The notes under the pieces were generated by a model. It did no database searches. It worked only from the letters and a program-made list of their open reading frames with translations, and was not told the DNA's origin. A stretch of 64,000 nucleotides of DNA, from NCBI RefSeq assembly GCF_963676685.1, contig NC_092355.1:15624001-15688000 (forward strand), in the 5' to 3' direction. Both the position numbers and the translations under genes were made by a program. Of this stretch, positions 1 to 13,683 are shown in pieces; within the stretch, counting starts at the first letter, position 1; the number at the start of each line of letters is the position of its first letter. The stretch is from Mytilus edulis (Eukaryota).

Positions 1-2383
1 AAAACTTAGTACACATGTTCCTTATTGTATGATCATTCTAATGTTGATGTCAATTTTTCAAAAGTAAAGTATTCAGAAGGTCAGGCCGATAAACAATTAT
101 TCCTAGAAGTTTTTACATACTGGCAACGTATGCATGTAACTGGTGGCTAAATGATTCTCGTAAAATAAAATCCGATCTTACAATGAAGTTAAAATTTATT
201 TATAGTGCTTATTTGACAGAATCTTATAGTTAAAATAAAATTAGGAAAAAGGGTCACTGTCGTTTGTCAATTGTTTCATTTCAAATTGTCTTAAGGAGAA
301 ATGATAAACATTTCGCCTGATCTCATTGAAGCTAACAGCTAATTTCCTAATGTATGTATATCAACACTTTGGTCAGCTTACTTGCTTTGTTTGTATATTT
401 TGTATAATTATATTTTGATAACGTCCAATTGAATTTAAATATCATATATACAGGTTTGCATACCTATATATGAAGATGTCAATCTTCATTACAAAGCTTG
501 GATAAAAATTTATACAAACAAAGCAAGGAAGCCAACCAAAGTTTAACCCTATATGCATTAGGAAATTAGCTGTAAGGCAAAACATGTTTATAAAATTAAT
601 ATTAAGTGAATGTCAATTAAAATCAAAACTTTCGGTGTTTAAAACTAAATTGTTGTAAACTTAACTTGACAAAAACAAGAATAATATCCAACATAAAATC
701 TCCGGGATAAAATATCTCCCTTTCATTTAGCTGTACAACTATGAAACATTGAAAACAAATTTCGATTTTCAATGCCGGCAACAACCTTGTCTAAAATGTT
801 TTAATTTCCAAAATTAGCAATTCAGATTTATAATATTTTAACCTGTTGGGGAAATCTTACTAAATGTAGTTTTCAACGAGAAAATTATTTCTAAAATAAT
901 TTTTGAATTAAAAACTTTTTGTATTTTATATTTACTGTCTGGTTTATTCAAAACACGTGAGGTAGTAATAACAGGGATTGTATTTTATGGTAGATATATA
1001 ACGTTTTAGAATCAAAAATTCATATATTAAACCTATAATTTTAATTTCCTTGAAGTTAAATCTGAAATAGTCAGAAATAATGAATTCACAAACTAGATGG
1101 AATAACTTCTATACGTTCGTCTTAGTCGGGAACAATAATGGTATAAAGAAGTCCATGCTTTTGTATAACCGTCTGTCAAACGTCGCGAATGAGTTTGTTA
1201 CGGCATACTTCTGAAATTGACGCGGAAAAAAGACACATCTAGTCTGATATAGTCAAATACTCTGTATGTACGCCAGTGCCATCTTTCATTTCTTCTTTTT
1301 TTTATTTTCAATAATTTTGCTAATGAAGGACAGAGGACAAAAACAGACTTTCCTAACAAAAGCGGCGGGAAAGGTTATTTCAAACAATTTTCCATTCAGA
1401 CGGATGGTGTTTCTGAAGGTTAATATATTGTGCGGCAACAACATCCTGATACATGCATTTAATCTATTGTATTACCGGATAATAAAGTAGATGAATATAG
1501 TTGTTATTCGTGTGGGTTTCAAACGTCAATTTGCGATTTTTTTTCAAATAGTGCGCCAGCAAGGAAAGTTTGTACTATGACGTCAGATGCAATGTTTTGA
1601 AGAAAGACAACTTTTTTATTCAAAACGAACGAGAAAAAAACATAAAAATTGCTCATAACTTTTTGAAAGGTCGGTGACATACCCTTATTTGCTTTATTTT
1701 GAAGAGTACACATTGCACTTTCCTTCTTGGAATTTGTATGAAGAAATCACTGGTAGATATTTTTCAATACTGTAAACGTTTTTCATTTTTACGTTTTATT
1801 TTTGGCGGGAATAAAATAAATCATGTTTTTAAAGATCAAAACAATACGAGTCTAAAACTCTTGAACCTGTATTTGATAGATAAAAATCTACGTTTTAACG
1901 TGAAACAAGAATTATGCTTGTATGTTTGATATAAAGGATTTTTTGTGAGTTTAGATAACAAGTAAATAGTATGTTAATATTCGGAAAAACACAAAACTGA
2001 GGTTGCTATAGTGACAAAACTAAGTCGGTGACCCCCAATTTTTTTCATCATATTTTGTTCCTCAAATCATGAAATACCTTCACACAAAATTGCAAGGGAA
2101 AATCACTGGTAGAAATGAATAGGCTGTTTGGTCTTTAACAGCGTCTCTTCAAATAATAATTCAAAAATGAACTTTCACATTTTATTGCGTTTCTTTTTAC
2201 TTACTCTATCAATATTATTTATAGAGTAACTAATCGAAAAATTCAAAAAGAGAAAAATATTAAAAAAAGTGACAAACACATTTATTCACGAATGCTTGTA
2301 GCGCATGAGTTAATTATCAGTAGTTGAATATTTTATTTTTATTTTTGAATTCTTCGATTAGTTATTCTATAAATAATACTGAA

Positions 2384-2656
2384 GGTGGTACCCAACACCT
2401 TCACTTAAATTAATTTGGCTCGTTTAATTTTCATAAAATTTTGAAAAAGTATTTACTTTGACCCTTTGACAAAAATATAAAAATTTCAAAAGATTTGAAC
2501 AACCATTTTATCAGAAAAAATTACACTGGTTGTATAGCAGTTTGACAAACACTAATTTTGATCTTAGAGAAGCTTAATATTTCCTTAACAATACAACGTA
2601 ATTAAAACGTTTAGCTTATTTTACGGAGTAATCGCCCAGTAGTGGTGGGTATCACC
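2384..2656. mobile_element. Non-autonomous DNA transposon (Kolobok-like MITE)
   Basis: Terminal inverted repeats (TIRs) GGTGGTACCCA ... TGGGTATCACC, flanked by TGAA/TTAA (degenerate TTAA TSD); RR termini plus TTAA is the Kolobok signature. Confidence 0.6.
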
Positions 2657-3060
2657 TTAATCATTCTTTTTATGACATTTGGCAAATGACTTGTTTATAA
2701 TTCAAGTAGAAAATGTAAGGGACTATCCCGTTTTCGTCGCATTCACAATTTGCTTTGACCGTGGTAATCGACGTTACGACATCGCAAAATGGGTGTGTGA
2801 CGTCAGTGGAGTAAAAAATAACCACGTATATTCGTTATTGATAAAATTCTAGTAAGTTTCTCCATATAAATGGGATTTTGAATTAATAAGCATATTCACC
2901 TGTGGAAAAAGTATATGCCCCGCGCAAAACGCCGTGTGCTTTTACGTGCATAATTTTGATAAAAAAGCGTTTGATGTACAATTAGTTTTAGTAAAAAAAT
3001 GCCATTACACTAATTTCTCTCGAAATATGGAATAAAACAATTCCTGTCTTTTGGTTCGAT

Positions 3061-3158
3061 AAATATGTGGTTTAATTGACTTTTGAAAAACTGATATTCA
3101 CCTCGGCCGTTGGCCTCAGTGATATCAGTTTTTCAAAGGTCAATGAAACTACATATTT
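3061..3158. repeat. Long imperfect palindrome (probable centre of a non-autonomous transposon)
   Basis: aaatatgtgg..ttgacttttgaaaaactgatat ... atatcagtttttcaaaggtcaa..ctacatattt; arms of ~40 bp around a GC-rich core. Confidence 0.7.
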
Positions 3159-3645
3159 ACGTCATCATATTATATTACTTCACATTTGAACTTATCGTTT
3201 TTTATTCTACTTGGAAATCAATGTAATTCAGTGCAACCAATGAAAAAAATATTCTTATCAATTGTTTGTGATATAAATCTGTTTTAAGTTAAAAAGTATT
3301 GTTTTTATTCAAAAGAGATATGGTATTGAAATGTTTTATTTTACTTATAAGGTAAACAACCTGTAACAAACATGCACTTTTTTCAAAACATTTCGAAATT
3401 TTCGACGTAGTGTCATAATTGTTGAAAATGACACCTTATTTAGGTTTTGTCTGAACTTGTAAAGAGCGTGTCCCGTTCTCTTCTTGAGACATCGGATTTA
3501 AAATCCCCTTTCTAAACAGAGATGTGGTTGCGTACTTGAAAATCCTGCACCGCTAGCCAAAATACATCTCCACAAAAAGGAGAGAACGAGCTTACATCAT
3601 CTGCCAAGTGAATCCATTTCTATTCATAATGTCTGGGATTAGGAC

Positions 3646-4851
3646 CAGGGTTTCCGCTGGCGGTCGCCATTTTCGCAATTTGCGAAAAAATAATAATTGT
3701 GGCGATTAAAATTCGTCATTGGCGAAAGACCATGGCGAAAGAAATATATATACGATTTATTTTCAGCCATCTTGTTTATTTACATTTTTTCGGGTTTCTC
3801 GGATTTTACCTGATCGGACAATATACTCGGAATTCACCTTGAACTCGTTTAAGATTTTGACAAAAAATCAATAATCAGCTGATTGCATTGTGTGATATCA
3901 ACAAAGGACTAATTAATAAAGGTGTTAATTGTATTGTTGACATTATGATATGGTTAAATGGCGTCCGTCATATGTCACAAAAGGATCATTTATTAACTAC
4001 TTTGCGACGCACGTGTTCGAAGCAAAGTTTTGACGTCTCCTCTCCTTATAATGATAGTCCAGAAAAGAAAACTGTTGTTATGACGAAAATTTATTAAAAT
4101 CAAGAAATATCTCCGATTTAAAACTTTATCCTTTGACTTTGATATCGATAATTGATTTTAAAGAGTACTTTAAAGTCGTTTGTGTGTTACGACATGTTTC
4201 AAGCATAGTTTTACGTCTCAACTTTTTCATTTACGAGGGTCTAGACTTAAAGAAAACTGTCGTTATGAAGATATTTTTTCAAAAGATTGGGAACAACCCC
4301 TCGAAAGGGAGTAACCTTCAATGTATACCTACACCTTAAATGAGGGATCAATTCCAAGTGATAAAAGCTTTTTTTCTTCTTGTAAAAACCACTTCATAGA
4401 CCAAAAGGGCACCTATTTTTCTTTTGAAGAAATTTACCCAAAGAACTGTACATCTTTCTTGTATTATATGGTCAAAACATGTCCAAGAATTTTGTTATAT
4501 TATGGGACTGATATCTTCATTATTATCAAAAGCAAGTGGCCCCCTCTATTAGAAAAGTTGTTCAAAATACATAATATATAAAGAATTTTTACCCTTTAAA
4601 AAAAAGTTCTGTTTTTTTAATAGTAAATGTTAAAAGTTTATTCATTACCATTTAACTGTAACAATGTAGACTCTAAGATAAGTTTGAGAGAATAATCATA
4701 GACAACGATGGGGCAAACTCATCTTATTAAGGGGGGAATTAAACGAAAAATATATAATGTTACTTGGCGAATAAAATAACAAAGTGGCGAAAAATATATT
4801 GTTTTGGCGAAAGAGGTGGCGAAAAAAATAATTGACCCAGGGGAAACCCTG
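3646..4851. mobile_element. Non-autonomous hAT-superfamily DNA transposon (1206 bp)
   Basis: TIR CAGGGTTTCCgCTGG / CCAGgGGAAACCCTG; exact 8-bp TSD ATTAGGAC (3638-3645, 4852-4859); clustered TGGCGA subterminal motifs at both ends; no transposase ORF. Confidence 0.9.
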
Positions 4852-7800
4852 ATTAGGACACAATCAAAAGAAATAGTGACCAAATTGTATCTTTGTAAGC
4901 AACTTTTATTAGATCTGTTTGGTTTCTTGAGACACTTTTAATAACATTTTGTATACGTACTAATATATGTTTATTTTGTTTAAATTATAATTGATTTTAA
5001 ATTGTACTTACTCTTTATGACAACTACAATCACATATGCGTATATCCAAACTTTGTCCATGTCTGACATGATGTTATATTAAAAATATCACAAAATCTTT
5101 CGTCACCAAACAAGGAAGTTTTGAACGGAAACAAATAACTTATAACTAACTTTTTTCCGTTCACACAGTAGACATTTAGATAACAAGAAACATTATTTAC
5201 ACTAAAGGTTTATCATGTTTATTTGTCATATGTTAATCGTGTGCGTGAACACTTTTCGTGATTTTATTTGGTTGTTTTCAAATTGAAATGTGATCAGTTA
5301 TCATTATGCTATTTTTTCATGAACTTATTTAACAGCATTTACAAATTGATATTGTTTTGATATAGATTCTTACATTGATATCAGTGTATTATTGGATTTA
5401 TCCAATCGAGATAGTTGAATTATCAATTTTAAAGTCCGAGCCGCCTCGGTGTCGGGAAGGGATAGTTTCCATAGAATTAGAGAAATATATATAATATAGA
5501 ATTTTTGTTTAAATTAATCAAGGCCAGAATTTGTAAATCAATACATTTTGTGCTTTGTTAAGTTAAAAATTCAGCATGGATGGCTGATATTTCTATTAAA
5601 TTTATTTGCAATTATGTGTGATCGAGATGTTTGACAGATATATTATTGCTTTTAGTACTTTTTTTATTGTGCTATTTTGTATCATTACCTGCCTAACATA
5701 AGCCTTAACTCTCCATTAATTCCGTTTACAATTCGTTATTTTCACTTAGATGACGCTTTTGTTTTTGCAATGATGGAGTTAAATGACCAGTAACCTATCA
5801 ATTTATTTACATTTAGCTGATTTGTTCATTTTTCTTTCCTTGTTTTTCTCTTCTAAAATATTCTTTTTCATCTTTTTCCATTTTTTTAAATACGTTAGCA
5901 GCAGTCATTTGAATTTAAAATTATGTTTGAATGAAGTACCAATCTCAATAGGATACACGTATATTTGGATCAAAAAGATTCAACGACTCATTGGTAGGGT
6001 TATGCCCCTTTGAAAATTAAAAAAAATGTCGGTTGGCCACTAAAACTCCAAAACCGTAAGATGTAGCCACCTATGATCTTTACCAATGATCATCAATTGA
6101 CGTGACTATGAAAATTGACCTAAGGTCAAAGGTCAATGTCATGACCTAGATTTTGACCTAAGCTTGTTATTGGATTTACTCAATAACCACAAAAGCTGGA
6201 TGATAAAATGTAACTGAGAAAATGTGTGTCTTGTTGAGATAAACATTTGTTTAAATGGGTCCAAAAATATTGGACAACTATCATGGACCTAGGGCACCAA
6301 AACTGTTTTTCGGGTCCGAAATTATGATTTTTTTTGCTTATAACTCAAAAGAGGTTAGAGATAGAAAGAAACTTTGAATTGCAAAAATGTTCAGCATAAT
6401 AAGATCTATACAATTTGGTCAAGATCAGAATTCAAGGTCCCTAGCAACGACATAAAACACCTTAGCAACCTGATATTTTTGAACTTAGAAGGCTATGAAT
6501 AATATAAATATGCAATTTGTAATACTGGAAATGACATTTTTGTCCCTACATGTAGCAACGACATATTAGTCCTTAGCAATCACTAATTTGTTTAATTTTA
6601 AAGACTATGAATAGTGCATATCACATTCATAATACTCGAAGTAATATGATCATCCTTAGGAATGATTTTTGTCCTTAACAACCACTTGTGATGAACATAG
6701 AAGTCCTTAGCAACAATCAATAAAAGGAAAAGGAAAGACCTTTCAATTGTTCATGAACTATTGACCTTTAATATTATGCCTCTAAATCCAAAACTTTCAT
6801 AAACCATGTATCTTTCACTAAAACAAACACAAAATATTTCCGTACTTCTCAGGCAGATTTTAGTTCTTGATCATTTAACTCCTAACATGCTAAAATGTAT
6901 TTCTTTATACTGTTATAATGATCATCAATAATTGATTTCTCATTTGGATGGTTCATAATTTTACAAATTAAAGCCATTGAAATCATTTGACCAAAAAACA
7001 AATTGATAAAACATGTTTCGTGACAGAATACTTTTCAAATAATCATAATCAATGGTTGAAAACATTTTCAAAATCACATCATTGGAAAAACTTATAATCG
7101 TTCATTACACATTGACGGCTTTTGATACTTCAAATTATGAAGGACATTCAGACATAACGATCATATGCATATAACTTCTTACAAAAACATGGTTTCAAAA
7201 CAGAAACAAAAACATGTTCTCAAGATACTGCATTTGTTGTTTAACCATTACAAAATTTTAAAGTACAATTAGTAAAAAATACATGCAACGGATACAACTA
7301 GGACACTATATAACAGGGCAACATGAAATAATCAGTATAGAAATTAGTTTTTCATGTAGACATTGTAATTTGTTTTGTAGGTACATGTAATTGGATTTTT
7401 GTTGTAAGTAACTGTAAATTCATACTTGAATTTTACCAGTGAAAGTTTTTGAAATGAACAAAATAACAAATATCAAATCATGTAACGTAATTGTTGTTGC
7501 TCATAAATATTTAAGTACATTGATTAAAAACATTACAATGATATTCAGAACATTATATCCTTTTGTCCCGACAATTATATATCAAAGGGTTTCGTTAAAT
7601 CTCGTTTAATTCAAAACAAAAAATATGCCTGTTCCAAGTCAGGAATATAACAGTTATCCATTCGTTTGATGAGCTTTTGAGTTTTCAAAAGGATTATTGA
7701 CTTCCCGTTTATAATTTTCCTCGGAGTTCGGTATTTTTGTTATTTTATTTCAACTGTACAACTTTGCATACTGAAAAAGTAGTTTTTATTTTAAAGATCA

Positions 7801-10800
7801 TCAATAATTATATGAAATTGGTATTAACGTATTTATATTACATGTATTATCTAATTAGGTAGGTCAAATAACATCATTGACATAGTTAAATCACTACACA
7901 GAAAATACTTAATCTATCTAGCTAAATCCTTGTCATCTGTTTTACTCTGTAACATTGATGAAAACAAACAAACATCAATGTCAAACATGAGATTCCTTTT
8001 CTTTTGAAAAATCATCTATCAGAAGTTCAAATGTGTTTAAATGCGCTGTTAGTAATCTTCTTGAATACAAACATCGACAAATCACATCTGTTTAAGATTT
8101 TGGCCATTTTGTCAATCTATAATATTTTTTAAAGGTTTTGGTCATATAGCACTTCTAGTAATCGTGTATATATCCCTTATTATTTGTTTTTAATTTGTTT
8201 AGCTGAAGTGTTTCTTTTCCTCATGAATGTAATTTAAGGACGCTCAAATGTTTTAATTGTAATAACCCCGACATTGTTAATAACCTTCGTCTCTCTTTTA
8301 CACATGTGTGACTGACCATGAAAAAGTAACTCCTATATGTTTATTTTGATCATTTTGTAAGTTCTTAATTTGCTCGTTTTGTTAAGAATATAACATCAAA
8401 TCTTTTTGACACGTTTTTTTTTTTTGTTATTTAAAATTTTATTGTGTGTTTATATTTTCCTTTGAATGTGCTTGTAATATTTTTTATCTTTTTTCTCTTA
8501 TTATGTCGCGGGGAGGGATTGTCTTTTGCTGGAATTATATTTCCTTTTTGAATGCATAAGTATATTGTATGCGGTTTTACTTTCAATGCAACACCAGCAA
8601 TATAAAAGTAAACGCCATTTGACTGTTGACAATGGTTAAATCATCGTTCATCAATTCATGTTTCCACAACAGTTGAACATTATTAGACTTACATGTACCC
8701 ATAGACGTTCAAAACAAATTTTTAATACATCATTCTTGAAATGTTGTATTTTTTAATGGGATTGGTATAATTAGTGGATGATACGTAAAGGAAAAAATTC
8801 GGTTACTCTGAATTTAATCAACTTTGATGATACACAACGACTTTTTCAACACCAATTGATATAACCTTGACAAAACAAGGAAATACAGAAATTTAAACTA
8901 TAACATATTTGACGGATTATTTATATCTAGGTGTCACACGAATTTGCATTTGTGACATACATTTCGATCGTGTATTTAGTCTGATAAGAGATTAGCCTAC
9001 TCCATATGACAAAATCTTAATCGATAAAAGAACATCTTGACAATACTTCACAAATACTTATGTTACAAAATCAGTTTGTGAACGATCAAATCCTCCTAAT
9101 CTTGTCAATAGTGACACAATACAACATAATAACAACTACATATGCAGAGCTTTGACAAATATTATTATGAAAAAGTATAATTCCGACAAAGTGTCATAAT
9201 AACGAAGTATCATAATGACAAAGAATCAATATAAAATGCCAAACTATCACAATGACAGGTATCAGCATATAATAAGAAATATCATAATGACAAAGTAAAA
9301 TAATATTATCACAGTGACAAAATATCACCATGAATGTGTAATATCATCAAATCATGGTACGTCACTTCCGGTTGTATACGAAAGAAATATTCCCTTGAAT
9401 TTGACAGTTGTAGGGTAATTAATCCTACATTTTATTGTAGTACAACAAATCTGTTTTATAAACATAATTATGTCTTGGGTATTTCAAAGCACCATTACTT
9501 TTTTATTTGGAGTTCCTATAGAATATTTTGTAAACTTGAGGTTACATGGTTACTAAAGCTTGTACACAGGTTAAATAACGGGAGAAATTTTATGGGTTAA
9601 CTTTCAGTGATGGATATTTTCTACTATGCAATGACATGTTATGTTAATTTTTTTCTATAGACTTGACAGGATAAAACGTTAATCATGCAAAGTATTTCTT
9701 TATTTAAAACAAAGATAAATTCTGCACAATTTTTTAAAAAGTGCATATTTAACGAAGACTAATAGGGAAAAGTCAAAGGTGGTATTACACGTAAAATGAC
9801 AAAGATTAAGCATATAATGATAAAGTATCAGCATATAATAACAAAGTATCATCATAGCATAAAATTAAACACAAAAGACAGATGCGGCATGCCATAGTTT
9901 CAAGGCACCGTTATTTATTTTTTTATGTTGTGTCCCTTTAGAATAATTTGAAAACTAGACTTTTCAGGGTTTCATCTAATTTAACAAACAGCAAAAGAAA
10001 AGAAAAGGAACAAGCCAATTTTAGATATTAGAGCAGATGGTATAGAAATCGATACAAAAAAATCATTGACAAGGAGTATTCTAAAACAAGAACAACGAAT
10101 GAAGTGAAGTTATTATAGAATTGATCATTATATCAAATATTAAATGTATTAAACAATCTGTTTTATTAAATATCCGAAATGACTGTGTTATAAAATTGTT
10201 CTCTTGTGTTTATTGCATAAAAAGAGAGAATATACCAACGATCAAATGTATATCTTTCTTTATCATTAAGATATAAACTTCTGAATGAAAAAACAAACAT
10301 ATAGGGAAATTCCCCAAGAGTAGAATAATCTCCGTATTTTCGTAAAGTATCAACATTGATAACTTTAAACGGAAACTTACAATCTTATACGTCATTACAC
10401 GCATTTTTAATTCACTAGGAAGTTATACTTGTAGATTTGTACAATGATATTTATTAAATAGTTGTATCAATATGATAGATTTCATTTAAACAGTCGTAAC
10501 TTTTATCTTTTCTTTCTGGTCAACATTTTTAAGGGAAAATTATTGTTCTTTAACAAACCTAAACAAAAACAGTTCGTTCTTGTCTTCATCGACGTAAAGT
10601 ACAGAATCGGCAACACATTTCAGAGAAATAAATTATGTTGTTAGTTTTGTGAAAATATCGTATGGAAATTTATTTTAATATGCAACTTATGTGTAAAAGA
10701 CGTTAAAAGACCAGTAAACAATTACCAATTAGAAAGGTCAATTTTATCTGAAATATTCACATTCGTTTGGTATACAAAAACTAAAAGGAGCAGACTACAA

Positions 10801-11390
10801 AATAAAAGTATATCAATAAAATATATTATAATTTTAGCTATGCTTTGGTTTTATGTTAAAACGATTCATTGCAATATGTTCATTTGAATAAACTTTGCAA
10901 ATACAATGCAGTCTCGTATTTTCTCTTTCATTCTTTTCAAATTTTCGAACACATACATTTGATCTTGCAAGGAAAATTATAAACTATAACAGCGAACAAT
11001 CGAAACCAAAACTGAAACACCTTGTGAATAGGTTTGCTACTATAAATAACTCCACGACAATTCAGGTAAACGCAGAAAAGCGTTTCTGATGCATTTCGGT
11101 TAAAAGGTACGACGAACAGTATATTAATTAGCTACCGTCCATTAAAGAATATCAAATTCAGCGCATATCACTCAGCAATGATCCACTGTATATATGCAAA
11201 AAAATATTCATATTTTTTTTAAAGTTAGAAAGACTTTGTTAGGATGTGACTTAAATAGATAAAAAGCATTGTTCAAATGTTTCAAGTTCCTTGGTCTACT
11301 GTAAAATTATATATGTTTGTTTTCTTTCTTTATTCTTTTCATTATAAATCATGTTGACAATCCATGAAATAACGTATGAATGTAAATCGC

Positions 11391-12231
11391 ACTAGATTTG
11401 TAATCGCTAGTAATAACGGATGGCACCCTCGTCCCCCCCCCCCCCAATTGCCAGGATAAAGGCAGTCATTTTGAAATTTCCAAAGTAAAAGAGCGTATCT
11501 ACATATGGAAATTATCATTCTGGTAAAGTTTCATTAAGTTTAGATCATTTTGAAATTTTTGACATTTTAGTCATTTCCATAGTAACAGCGGCCATTTTGA
11601 AATTTCCAAATCCAAAATACAATTCTGCCCATGTCAGTTATCGTTTCTGTAAAGTTTCATCAAGTTTGCAGCATTTTGATTATTTTAGAAATTTTGATAT
11701 TTTTACTGTTTCCATGGTTACAGTAGATAGCTCCAAAATTCTAAAAGCAGGCATCTCATTGACATATGTCATGTTTTATATCAATACAGTTGTATTGATC
11801 TCTATGCAATATTCTTAAAGAAAATGCAGCTTTTATATATTTTTCCATAGGCTCACTGTTAAACATTTGCCCTGCTTCCATGACAATGTCGGTCTTTTGG
11901 AATTTCTAAATATTGTCTTGACATCTAGGCATACCAAGGAACATTTCCATAAAGTGTCATCCAGCTAGGTCTTATAATAAAAGATTTAGAATTTTGAAAA
12001 TTTTTCACTTTTTAGCAGTTTCCATAGAAACGGCGGCCATTTAAAAAAATTCCAGAGTCAGATGCACAACTTCAAATGGGGGTCCTCATTATGTTATAGT
12101 TCCAACAACATTGGATCACTCAATTCTTAGAAACACGATAGACCAAATGTGTGGAAGAATAAGAAAAATAATAAGAAAAAAAAACGTAGAATATCAATAC
12201 GTCACCCCAACTCCGTTGAGGGTGCCATAAT
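11391..12231. mobile_element. Helentron-associated (HINE/DINE-like) non-autonomous element with internal tandem repeats
   Basis: Subterminal inverted match ATGGCACCCTC / GAGGGTGCCAT, 3' hairpin CACCCCAAC..GTTGAGGGTG, recurring TTTCCAT..AAC..CGGCCATTTT motifs at roughly 140-150-bp spacing. Confidence 0.5.
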
Positions 12232-13484
12232 CACCTGGAAATTATATATTCTACCTAGCGACTGTTAGCATACACGTATTTATGTTAAAATAGTCCCTTA
12301 AACGCTTTGCAGTAGGTTTTTTTAGCTTGCAAATACAGTTTTCAAATGTGCAACTAATAAATGAATGTAATCTAAACAGGGTTATGATGATTGTCCATAA
12401 CTCCATCATTGTTATGTTATGTGTCCCTTATTATCCTTCTTTGTGTACACGAAAAGAATCACACTCTATATACTACTAATTTTATAGGCACAAATAGTTG
12501 TTTTGTAGTTAAGTTTTAAGATAATTAAGGCGTTTCAGTAAATGAATCATTTACATTGTAGTGTTTTGTCGTTGTTCTCCTCTTATATTTAATGCGTTTC
12601 CCTCAGTTTTAGTTTGTTACCCCGATTTTGTTTTTTGTCCATGGATTTATGAGTTTGAACAGCGGTATACTACTGTTGCCTTTATTTACAGAAAAATCTA
12701 TACATGTATATCTTAAAAAATAAAACTCTTTTCATTTTAATGTCATCAAAACTTTGAATTTTTTAAATACTTAGTTTTTTCTACCTCAGGAATCGATTGC
12801 CAAAGATTTTTTGTATTAGTTTATTGTTAAATAAAAGACACAAATATGACACAGTGATAAAAAAAATAGGACTTTTTTATGCCCCGTTTTATACTTCTGC
12901 AGTGTTGATGTGGTCAATATGATTTGAAACTAAAATCCAGTTTTAAAACTTTGTCCACTGTAATACGTCAGTCGGAGCAATGTTAAGAAAACCAAACTGA
13001 CTTAGTTTGTATTTTATGAAGGCCACATTCGCGAGAAGAAAAACAATGTGAATATATTAAATTGCTACATGTATGAACTAAAGTTGTCTTTATTTAACTT
13101 AAGTATTGCGCTTTCCTCTGAACTCAATCTACAGCCAACAAAATAAACAATAAATTTAACTTCGAGTAATCTGTCCATTTAACCACATTAATAACATGAA
13201 ACGGAAACTTTCAATTTGAAACGTCATTGTGTAAATAAATGTTTGTCCCACTAGGAAGTTATTCTTAAAGTTTAGTACACAATTTGTACACAAATATTCA
13301 TTACACGCTATATCTAGTTTTATCTGAAGTATCTATTTACTATTTTACTGTCTAAAATTTCTTTTTTTTTTATTTTGACATACAAACGTTCTGTTCGTTA
13401 AACTAATGTTAGAATCACTGACTGCCAACTAAACATTGTTCTTCTTGAATATAGTTATCAAAGGTACCAGGATTATAGTTTCAT

Positions 13485-13528
13485 ACGCCAGACGCGCATT
13501 TCGTCTTCATAAGACTCATCAGTGACGC
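13485..13528 (-). ncRNA. Minimal type I hammerhead ribozyme (retrozyme fragment)
   Basis: Minus strand GCGUCA-CUGAUGA-GUCUU aug AAGAC-GAAA-UGCGCG-UC^-UGGCGU: intact catalytic core, helix II, helix I GCGUCA/UGGCGU, very short self-complementary helix III. Confidence 0.8.
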
Positions 13529-13683
13529 TGAGATCAAAATAGTTATAAACTGAAACAAATATAAAGTTGAAGAGCATTGAGGACCCAAATTTCCAAAAGT
13601 TGTCCTAAATACGGCTAAGGTAATCATCACACCCAGTAATATTACCTCGTACATTTCATCCATTTAACCACCTTTATAGCATA

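Noticed and set aside
1-2138. Right arm of a Kolobok-like element ending GGTCT|TTAA
   Set aside because: Matching left terminus is not in the window, so TIR and TSD cannot be verified
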